Positions 1 to 8,293 of a stretch of 12,979 nt of DNA are shown piece by piece. Positions within the stretch are counted from its first letter, which is position 1. Every line of letters starts with the position of its first letter. The stretch lies in contig NW_021826324.1 in assembly GCF_006345805.1 (NCBI RefSeq), positions 1 to 12,979 on the forward strand, in the 5' to 3' direction. The DNA comes from Octopus sinensis. Lineage: Eukaryota. The notes beneath the pieces are model-generated. The model was not told the DNA's origin. It made no database searches and saw only the letters and a program-made list of their open reading frames with translations. A program made the translations under genes and the position numbers.

Positions 1-345
1 TCCCTGCAGCGAAGACGTGAGAGATGCGCAATGATAAACGCATGGAAGATCTTGGAGGGGTTGGCATCGAAGGATATACCGGGCCTGAACTGGATGTCGC
101 TTCACTTACTGTTCCAAAGGTTCCACCCATCGCATGTGAGGATCATGTGCTACAATAGCTTGATTCTCAGTTATTTAATATCTTGCGAAAATATCTGAGT
201 GAGAGTAGATGTTTCCAAGAAACAGCTTAGCCTCCTGATCCACAAGGTGCCAGATGAACCTGTATCATCCAAAGACAGAAGCCATATCGAACTCCCGCCA
301 ACACTGAAAGCCTATCACTAAAGATTGGCGCCATTGAAAACGTGA
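1..345 (+). mobile_element. Degenerate 3' end of ORF2 of a CR1/L2-group non-LTR retrotransposon
   Basis: Manual translation from base 1 gives SLQRRRERCAMINAWKILEGL. After frameshifts it reads QLFNILRKYL and VDVSKKQLSLLIHKVPDEP. These match the typical C-terminal motifs SL(E/Q)RRRER..WKI, LFNxLP and FKxxLD..L..VPDEP of CR1/L2-group ORF2. The right boundary is approximate and the element continues off the window to the left. Confidence 0.75.
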
Positions 346-447
346 GACTTCCGGCAGAGAATACTATATTATAAAAGAATACTTTTTATAATAATCAATA
401 AAAGTTACAGAGTGACTCATGGTCAGAGAGGTTCGTGCATTGGCCGT

Positions 448-636
448 TATATGTATATATATGTATGCATATATATATATAATATACATGTGTGTGTATG
501 TATGTATCCATTCTATATAAATTATATATATATAATATATGTATATATATATATGTATATACTATACATATATATATAGTGTGTGGTATATATACTATAC
601 ATGCATATATATAATATATATATATATATGATATAT

Positions 637-681
<45 letters not shown>

Positions 682-720
682 CTGTACATGCATATATATA
701 TATATATATAATATATATAC
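448..720. repeat. Imperfect (TA)n microsatellite with TG/TATG interruptions
   Basis: Read directly; abuts the SINE fragment at 721. Confidence 0.95.
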
Positions 721-845
721 GACAGGCTTCTTTCAGTTTCCGTCAACCAAATCTACTCACAAGGCCTTGGTCGGTCCGAGGCTATAGTAGAAGACACTTG
801 TCTTAGGTGCCGCACAGTGGGACTGAACCTGGAACCATGTGGCTG
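719..845 (-). mobile_element. tRNA-derived SINE fragment, family 1 (octopod OK/OR-type), 5' portion lacking the A box
   Basis: The reverse complement reads agccacatggttccaGGTTCAGTCCCactgtgcggcacc...gtgtcttctactatagcctcggaccgaccaaggccttgtgagtagatttggttgacggaaactgaaagaagcctgtcg. This aligns by eye to the + strand copy at 10589-10710 and contains a B-box-like motif. Confidence 0.85.
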
Positions 846-1066
846 ACTATATGTTTATGTGTGAACGTATGCCTCTATACATGCATGCACGTATGTATGT
901 GTGTGTGCTTGTGTGTGTGTATGTGGGTGTCTGTACGTATGCATTAATATATTCTATCTGCTGCTTCAATTGCACACGTTTGCTGCTGTTTTGTTTGAGA
1001 AATATTCTTTAAAGTGTTTTCAAAGTTTAGAAAAGTGTAGCCTACACATTTTTCTTATCATAAATA

Positions 1067-1152
1067 TTCTTCTTCTTCTTCATCTTCTTCTTCTTCTTCT
1101 TCTTCTTCTTCTTCTTCTCTCTTCTTCTTCTCTTCTTATATTATTATTATTA

Positions 1153-1204
<52 letters not shown>

Positions 1205-1284
1205 AATTCTAATAATATATTATTATTATTATTATTATAATTATTATTGTTGTTATTATTATTATTTTTATTATTATTATTATG

Positions 1285-1322
<38 letters not shown>

Positions 1323-1382
1323 CAGTAGTAGTAGTAGTAGTATTGTTATTGTTGTTATTGTTATTACTGTCGTCGCCATTAT
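1067..1382. repeat. Compound trinucleotide microsatellite: (CTT)n, then (ATT)n with (AGT)n and (GTT) variants
   Basis: Read directly; explains the poly-L/Y/I ORFs at 901-1212 and 1209-1457. Confidence 0.95.
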
Positions 1383-1481
1383 TAACAAATTCCTATCGCA
1401 ATGAACGTTGAAATAAAAACTGGGTCTTTTTAACTTGTATTTGTAATACCGGACCAAGGTTTATTTGCTTGCAAATAGTAT

Positions 1482-1612
1482 TGATGATGATGATGATGAG
1501 GAGGAGGAGGAGAAGGATGCGGACAAGAGAGAACAAAAGGAAACAATGATGTTTATGATGATGATGATGATGACAATGATTATCGTATCATGATCATGAC
1601 GACGATGACAAC
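1482..1612. repeat. Imperfect (GAT)n/(GAG)n repeats
   Basis: Read directly. Confidence 0.85.
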
Positions 1613-1969
1613 ATCGGTTGTATAAGTTAAATCTGACGGTATGGGATGAGAATTCATTAAGCTATCTTGCCTACGTTGCTGTTTTCGTAATTATTTTCGC
1701 TCACTCATTTCCTTTCTTTTCTTTTCGTTTCCAATTCTTTCTTCATTTCAACTTATTTCTTGGCTTCCTTTCTTCTTTCTTCCTTTCTTTCTGTCTTTCT
1801 TCAAAACATCTGTTTCATGTTAGGATCGCCCTGTGTCGTCTGCTATAATCAATTGTTCATCAACCAAAATAATTTGTCGTCTGCTCTTTACATTTATGTA
1901 ACATATTTATGTTATCGTCTCGTCTGTCTATCTATTTACATATCGACTGCTCAGTACGTCATTCTAATA

Positions 1970-2052
1970 CACATACACACAGACTAAAACACACACACAC
2001 ACACACTCACATACACACACACAACACACACACTCACACACACACGCGCGCG
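1970..2052. repeat. (CA)n microsatellite ending in (CG)n
   Basis: Read directly. Confidence 0.9.
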
Positions 2053-2137
2053 CGGTCATAGAGTTGTCAAAGTTTTCATTTTGCTCTATTCTTAAGAGTG
2101 TCTTCTTTTCTTATTATGTGTTTTATTGACTAAATAG

Positions 2138-2170
2138 TGTGTGTTTGTGCGTCGTATGTATATATAAATA

Positions 2171-2244
<74 letters not shown>

Positions 2245-2315
2245 TATATATATATATGTATATGTGTGTGTGTGTGTGTGGGTGTGTGTATCTATGTAAG
2301 CATGTATGTATGTGT
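2138..2315. repeat. Compound (TA)n/(TG)n microsatellite
   Basis: Read directly; source of the IYIY/CVCV ORFs. Confidence 0.95.
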
Positions 2316-2450
2316 ATTTGAAAAAATTTAATAGAAATGGCATTCCTGATAATTCCACTAATTTTTTTCAAATATATAATTCTGTACCAAGGATTTTCTA
2401 TTTGTTATTTCTGATTATATATATATATATTATATATATATATATATTAT

Positions 2451-2753
2451 AATCAAAATAAGTAACAAGGATATCCAGAGGTAATGCAGTACGATCGTTT
2501 CACGCAACTCCATTTTAATTGAACAATGCAACCATCACATCAATTTAAATGTAGAGCAATCCTCAGCTGCACAAAGACATAGAATTTAATTAAATTAAAA
2601 CAGATGGTCACATTAGTATAATTTTGCCTAAAATCTCCACGAAGTTGAGGAGATAGGCAAAGAACATGCTGCCTTCACTTCACTTACAAGAGGAGTTGCA
2701 TGAAACGATCGTACTGCATTACGTCTGGAAATCCTTGTTGCTTATTTTGGATT
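2451..2753. mobile_element. MITE (non-autonomous DNA transposon) with ~61-bp terminal inverted repeats
   Basis: The left arm 2451-2511 (aatcaaaataagtaacaaggatatccagaggtaatgcagtacgatcgtttcacgcaactcc) is the reverse complement of the right arm 2692-2753, with 4 mismatches and one 1-nt indel. The interior is ~180 bp and non-coding. A (TA)n run flanks the left end. Confidence 0.85.
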
Positions 2754-2853
2754 CTAATCACTTTATTTTGAAATTGTATGGATAATACCGTACTAAATTA
2801 CGGTGCCTCAATTTAAGTACCATATTCATCTGAATCTAAATTTTTGCTGAACT

Positions 2854-2855
<2 letters not shown>

Positions 2856-2885
<30 letters not shown>
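2856..2885. repeat. Perfect (TG)n tract
   Basis: Read directly. Confidence 0.95.
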
Positions 2886-2888
<3 letters not shown>

Positions 2889-3847
2889 AAGTTCACAATA
2901 CATGTATTAAAGCGCTACTATAGTTTCATATGTTGAGAGAACTCAAAAATATTCTATTCTTCAAGCGCAAGCCACATATCATAACGAACTAAAAGAATTG
3001 AATAAATAGAAGAAACATTTGTCTGTCTGTCTGTATGTATGTCTGTATGCATGCGTGCATGTATGTGTATGTGTGTATATATATATATATATATGTATGT
3101 ACATATGCATACAGAGTGAGGGAGAAAGAGAGAGATAGAGAGGGGTGTGGGTGCTCGGGTATGAATGTCCATAATCTAAATCAACGCGTAGAATAATTTT
3201 CTGTTTTTCTTACTTTTTAATATGGTTTTACTTTATTTTATTTTAAAGAAATATTTTTTTTATCGTTTTGAAAATTTGTATTCCTTTCATCCTTTATATA
3301 AGCACCAAGAAATTTGGTAAAAATTGAATTTGCATTTTTTGTATGTACGCCATCTTTCCTGGTATTACCCATGGTGACCAAATATATACTTCTCAAGTTT
3401 CTCGTCATACGATGAGTAACAATCCAGTCTACACGCACATACTCAAAATAACATATATATATGTATGTATATATATATATATATATATATATACACTGCG
3501 TGTCAAATTATTAGTCAGCACAGTTTTTTCGCAATAACGGAGTATTTGTTCCTTCGAATCCACATATTTTCCCACTGCATGATAACACCCTTCTGCATGT
3601 ACTGTACCAAAATAAATCTAATCCACTCATACGTAAAGAAGCAGCGGCCATTTTTGTTAACAAGCATTTACCGTCCTAAATTATCAGGTAGGTTCAATAA
3701 AAATGCTAATTATATAAAAAACAAGCATTCATCTAATGCGACAATTAATTTTTAACAACAAATATAATCACAATGGACTTTATAATGAACATATATATAT
3801 ATATGTTTGACTGGAAATAATACAAGAAATATGACGTCATAAAGTTC

Positions 3848-4897
3848 TTAATGATGGCTGTATGATCTTCCACATGAGAGAACGTCCCTGACGCGTTTAT
3901 CCATTGAGTTTGTCAAGGTAACTATTTCATCTGGTGTAATACTCTCAGCAGCATCCACAATAGCTTCCCAGAGCGCATCTTTCGTTGAAAACTACAGTTC
4001 ATCTTGATATATCTTCCGCTTCAGAACACTCCATAGATTTTCAATCGGGTTTAAGTCGACTGAACACACTGGTCACTTCATGAAACGGTGTCCAGAAAAA
4101 GCCTAATTGCTGAAGGTATTCCAGAGATTTCTTAGCTGCATGGGAGGGCACATTATCTTGCATGAAAACCTATTTCTTTACTACCCACAAGGGGCTAAAC
4201 ACAGAGGGGACAAACAAGGACATACATACGGATTGAGTCGATTACATCGACCCCAGTGCGTAACTGGTACTTAATTTATCGATCCCGAAAGGATGAAAGG
4301 CAAAGTCGATCTCGGGATTTTGCATGAATACCAGCATTCTCCTTAATGAAACTTTCTCCCTCTACAACCATGGCTTAAAATTGTCCTCCAATAGGGCAAC
4401 ATAGGCATTAGATGTCATCTTAATTCTGTCTAGAACTTTCCAAGGACCAACCAACTTGTCTCCAATGATGCCAGACCAAATCATGACTCCGTCTCCGCTT
4501 TGTTGGCCTCTCAAACGATGCGGACGATTTCCGCTAATTACAACCCATCCTTTGCTCCACCCGTCTGGTCTGTCTAGGGTAGCACGGCATTTGAAAAGTC
4601 TATCTTTATGTAGTCTTCTGCCCATTTGACTCTATTTTGTTTATGAACAACCTTCAGAGGGGACCTTGTAACAGGTTTTACCTGCTTGAGGAGACGACAC
4701 CTGGTAGATTTGCAAATGTCTTCCCCACCACAACGTTTAAACATTTCTTGACTAGTCAGGCACGTGTTCTTCGCAACGTCCCTCATTATACGTGGCAGAG
4801 TACGCCTGGAAACAATCCTCGATCTACTCTTGTCTGCCCCCGAACGGACAGCAGAAGACTCTACAAATTTCTTCACAGTTCGATGATCTCTTACCAG
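3848..4897 (-). pseudogene. Tc1-family DDE transposase pseudogene
   Basis: It has in-frame stops (e.g. 4362-4364, and W->TGA before P.CS.DLNPIE) and frameshifts at ~4590 and ~4098. The first catalytic Asp (FTDE) is deleted, and a SINE is inserted at FMQD. Confidence 0.88.
4167..4319 (-). mobile_element. 5'-truncated SINE, family 2 (octopod OR-type core), with 9-bp target-site duplication
   Basis: TTGCATGAA occurs at 4158-4166 and again at 4320-4328. The insert's reverse complement (gactttgcctttcatcctttcgggatcgataaattaagtaccagttacgcactggggtcgatgtaatcgact...ccccttgtgggtagtaaagaaatagg) matches the + strand copy at 10110-10237. Confidence 0.92.
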
Positions 4898-4898
4898 G

Positions 4899-5012
4899 AC
4901 CCTTTCGGAGCCGACAAAATAAGTACCAATCAAGTACTGGAATCGATGTAATAGACTTCCCTCTACCTTAAAAACCCCTGGCCCGATGCCTCCCCCTCCA
5001 AAAGGATTATTA
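4899..5012 (+). mobile_element. SINE fragment sharing the family-2 core but with a different 3' end, leading into (ATT)n
   Basis: ccctttcggagccgacaaaataagtaccaatcaagtactggaatcgatgtaatagact aligns to the core at 10123-10181, then diverges and ends in ggattatta. Confidence 0.7.
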
Positions 5013-5030
5013 AAAGAAAAAGAAAAAGAA

Positions 5031-5087
<57 letters not shown>

Positions 5088-5094
5088 GTTATTG

Positions 5095-5126
<32 letters not shown>

Positions 5127-5145
5127 TATTATTATTATTATTATT
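5031..5145. repeat. (ATT)n/(TAA)n microsatellite at the 3' junction of R4 element A
   Basis: Read directly. Confidence 0.95.
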
Positions 5146-6774
5146 CAGTAGTTTTATTTTTATTTTTATAGCGTGCTTTCACTTCACTACCGAGCGCAGC
5201 TCTGTGTGCCTTGGGTATGTGCTGTGATTTGTTGTGATGCTCTGATGGTTATTGTATGGAAAGTGTTCTGCGTAGGATGTGTGCAGTGCCTAGTAGTGCA
5301 ATTTTCTGTATGTTATATGTGTTGTAAGTCCTGGTGTTTTTGTTATGTATTTGTCTGAATATTTTTTTATCATGCCTAATGCACCTACTATGATAGGAAT
5401 TGTTTCTGTTTTCAGATTCCACATTCTAGTTACCTCTATTTCCAGGTCTTTGTATTTTGAGAGTTTCTCCATTTCTTTTAGAGACACGTTGTCATCTGCC
5501 GGTATTGATACATCAATTAGAAAGCATTTTTTTTCTTCATGGTCTCTGACAACTATATCTGGTCTGTTGGCCTTAATTTCTCTATCTGTGTGTATCGGCA
5601 TATCCCAGAGTATGGTTGCTTTCTCGTTTTCTGTGACCTTTTCTGGTGTGTGCCTATACCATCTTTTTTCTGTTGTTATTCCATAATGTTGGCATAGCTT
5701 CCAATGTATGTAAGTTCCAACTCTGTCATGTCTGTGAATATATTCCTTCTTAGCCAGGACTGGGCAGCTAGAGATAATATGATTTATTGTTTCTTGTCCA
5801 TCTCCACATATTCTGCAGTTACTTGTAATATTTCTTTTCATTACATGTTTTTGGTAATTTCTGGTGGGGAGGCTTTGGTCTTGTGCTGCAATTAAAAATC
5901 CCTCTGTTTCTGCTTTGAGTCCTGAGCTTCTCAACCATTGCTGGGATTTTTCTTTGTCTATTTCTTTTGCGTTTAGTTTAGTCCAGTATTTACCATGAAG
6001 GGGCTTTTCTTGCCAATGGTTCGTTGCTGTTCTATTTTTAGTTTGGATTTCATTTTTTTTATAGCTTTTGTTGTTTCTTCATCTTCTTCTTCTTCTTCTT
6101 CATGTTTATTAGGTGGTATGATTTCTTGTTTGTATTTGTCAGCTTCCTTAAATACTGAGAACAGTTTTTTGTTTTGCTCGTGTTTTGCCGCTATCTGGAT
6201 CAGTTTTCCTTCCTTCTGAAGTAGATTTTTTGCAGTCCTATGGTGGTTATTTTATAGTAGTTTTCCAGCTGTATAAGGCCTCTACCACCTTCTATACGTT
6301 GTATATATAGTCTTTCTATGTCAGATTTTGGGTGATGCATCCTAGATCCTGTCATTATTTTTCTTGTTTTCCTGTCTATTTTGGTCAGTTCATTTCGTGT
6401 CCAGTTAAGGATATTGTAGCTGTAACTTATAACTGGGACAGCTAAAGTGTTGATACCTATTATCTTGTTTTTAGCATTGAGCTCTGTGTTTAGTATTGAT
6501 CTAACTCGTCTATAATATTCTTTTTTTATTTTCTCTTTCATTTGTGTGTGTTTGTCTTATCTAGTTCATGGATTCCTAAGTATTTGTAAGTTTGGCTTTG
6601 GTCTAATTCTTTTATTTCATTTGCTTCATCTAGTGTGATGTTGTTACTCTTAACTAGTTTTCCTCTTTTCATGGTTACTTTGGCGCATTTTTCTAATCCA
6701 AATTTCATATCTATTTCTTTGGTAAATCCATGAACTGTCTTTAATAGTGTTTCCAGCTGTTTGTCATTTGCAGC

Positions 6775-6777
<3 letters not shown>
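5146..6777 (-). mobile_element. 5'-truncated R4/Dong-clade non-LTR retrotransposon (element A): RT C-terminal part, CCHC zinc knuckle, restriction-like endonuclease, 3' UTR
   Basis: Translation starts at YAANDKQLETLL...FGLEKCAK...YKYLG (6777-6543), then HPKSDIERLY...EGGRGL and KPLHGKY...WL. It continues ETEGFLIAAQDQ, CRICGDGQETINHIISSC (CX2CX8HX4C, 5817-5764), RHD, and RPDIVV...LIDVSIP...KLSKY (PD-X14-D, 5562-5512). It ends QKIALLGTAHILRRTLSIQ with the stop at 5249-5251. There are about four frameshifts and a ~100-nt 3' UTR running into (TAA)n. Confidence 0.93.

Positions 6778-6845
<68 letters not shown>
6776..6845. repeat. Perfect (ATT)n/(TAA)n array between R4 elements A and B
   Basis: Read directly. 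Confidence 0.95.
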
Positions 6846-7338
6846 TTATGTTTGACTTTTGCTTTACATTTGTACAAGTTGGCTCCAAGTCTCACCCAGA
6901 GACCTCGAGAGACAAGTTGGAAGTTCATGTTGGTGTTATGCCTAGGGTGCCATATATTTGGTTTTGTACTTAGTGTTGTACTAGTAAATGTCTAAAAAAA
7001 AAACCATACGAAAATTATGTTTGTTTTAAAACTTGAGATTACATAGAAAGTATATTGCATAGGATATAGGCAGTTCACATTAGCACAAACTTTTGAATTT
7101 CTGCCATTTTGGGGTTTCCAGGTATCTGAGCTAAGTAGCAATCAGCCCCTTTTGCTATCATTCCCAGGGCACCAATGACAACAGGTATTCTTTTAGTCTT
7201 CAGGTTCCACATTTTGCTAATTTCTATTTCTAGATCTTTATACTTGCTCAGTTTTTGGTAGGTCTTAACAGATACGTTTATATCGATTGGGACAGTCATA
7301 TCAATGAGGAGGCATGATTTTTGTCTGAAGTCTTTCAA

Positions 7339-7341
<3 letters not shown>
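6846..7341 (-). mobile_element. Severely 5'-truncated R4/Dong-clade element B (second family): C-terminal RLE half plus 3' UTR
   Basis: Translation: LKDFRQKSCLLIDMTVPIDINVSVKTYQKLSKYKDLEIEISKMWNLKTKRIPVVIGALGMI...QKFVLM*TAYILCNILSM*, with the true stop at 7039-7041. By manual alignment it shares 42/73 identical residues with element A. Its ~190-nt 3' UTR is unlike A's and ends in (TAA)n. Confidence 0.9.

Positions 7342-7402
<61 letters not shown>
7340..7402. repeat. Perfect (ATT)n/(TAA)n array at the 5' junction of element B
   Basis: Read directly. Confidence 0.95.
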
Positions 7403-8083
7403 GACGAGTAAAAATTCGTATTCCAGAACAAGGCAAAGCATGATAAAAGACAATAATCGTTTCATTATTTGTTACAACAGTAGGGGTTGGGAATATAACA
7501 AGGGACAAATTACAGACACTTTGGTGGGGGCTTACACAGAAAAACAAGCCAGTAGAAAACGAACTTTATACAAGAATAAGATGGCAATATTATCATAAAA
7601 TAATATCAATGAACAAGTTGTACTCATGTAAAACTATTGGATTAAAATGTTACGATAAAGCTTACTGCGCTTCTTTTTTTTCTTTTTTCTCTCTTATCAA
7701 CTTTCCATCTTTGTTTTTTTAGTTATTATTTTTCTTGTTTCTTGTGTCTTTTAAGTGTTTCAAATTGATGGAAGTTTGACGTGTGTTAAAAGTCTGAAGA
7801 GTGCCGTTGAAAATTGTTTCCCTACTGAGTTATGGTGGAGTGGTAAAAAGCGGCAGACGATACAATGTGTTAGCGACCAAATGAAACTATTGGAAAGCTG
7901 AACAAAAAAAAAATGGTGTTCGGTTTCAACGGAAGCTTCACCGCTTTCCTATTGTTGCTTCCTCTCACTTAACCCTCGCTTCTTTGCCATTTCACTTAAC
8001 CTTTCTCAATCGGTTTTTCAATCTACGTGCATCTCTTTCATTTTTATCTGTCTTCTTTTCTTCCTATTTCGTGCTCTCTCCCT

Positions 8084-8100
8084 GTCTGTCTATCTATCTG

Positions 8101-8195
<95 letters not shown>
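8084..8195. repeat. (TCTA)n tetranucleotide microsatellite with a (TCTG) leader
   Basis: Read directly; source of the LSIY ORFs. Confidence 0.95.
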
Positions 8196-8199
8196 CCTT

Positions 8200-8259
8200 T
8201 GTCTACTTTTTCTTTTTATTATCTATCGTACCTTTTCCTCTCACCTCTCTACCCTCTCC

Positions 8260-8293
<34 letters not shown>

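Larger units (their letters stand above)
3494..4897 (-). mobile_element. Decayed Tc1/mariner-superfamily transposon (probable DD37E/TRT family); 5' end missing, interrupted by a SINE
   Basis: Minus-strand translation across frameshifts gives RDHRTVKKFV...CKSTRCRLL (HTH region), HKQNRVKWA, CRATLDRPDGW, QQSGDGVMIWSGI, FMQDNVPSH, SVDLNPIENLWSVLKRKIY, then SMDKRVRDVLS and a stop at 3848-3850. A TIR-like end, TA|CACTGCGTGTCAAATTATTAG, starts at 3494 next to a (TA)n run. Confidence 0.9.

Noticed and set aside
2315-2374. Short imperfect hairpin tatttgaaaaaatt...aatttttttcaaata
   Set aside because: The arms are short and almost all A/T, so it is plausible by chance; a similar weak one lies at 2780-2820.
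522-3537. Many ORFs rich in IY, CV, HT, poly-L, poly-I or poly-Y
   Set aside because: They are translations of (TA)n, (TG)n, (CA)n, (CTT)n and (ATT)n microsatellites; the same applies to the equivalent ORFs at 4986-5171, 6747-6995, 10526-10948 and 12573-12967.
6077-6102. Poly-Glu run (HEEEEEED) inside R4 element A
   Set aside because: It is a small (GAA)n slippage tract in a variable linker, with no evidence of function.
5345-6219. Plus-strand ORFs 5345-5686, 5704-5895 and 5995-6219 (also 4637-4951)
   Set aside because: They are antisense shadows of retrotransposon or transposase coding sequence on the minus strand.
7403-7700. Possible continuation of the transposon's missing 5' end beyond the R4 stack
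   Set aside because: Minus-strand frames show no transposase N-terminal similarity, and I found no copy of the 3494 terminus.
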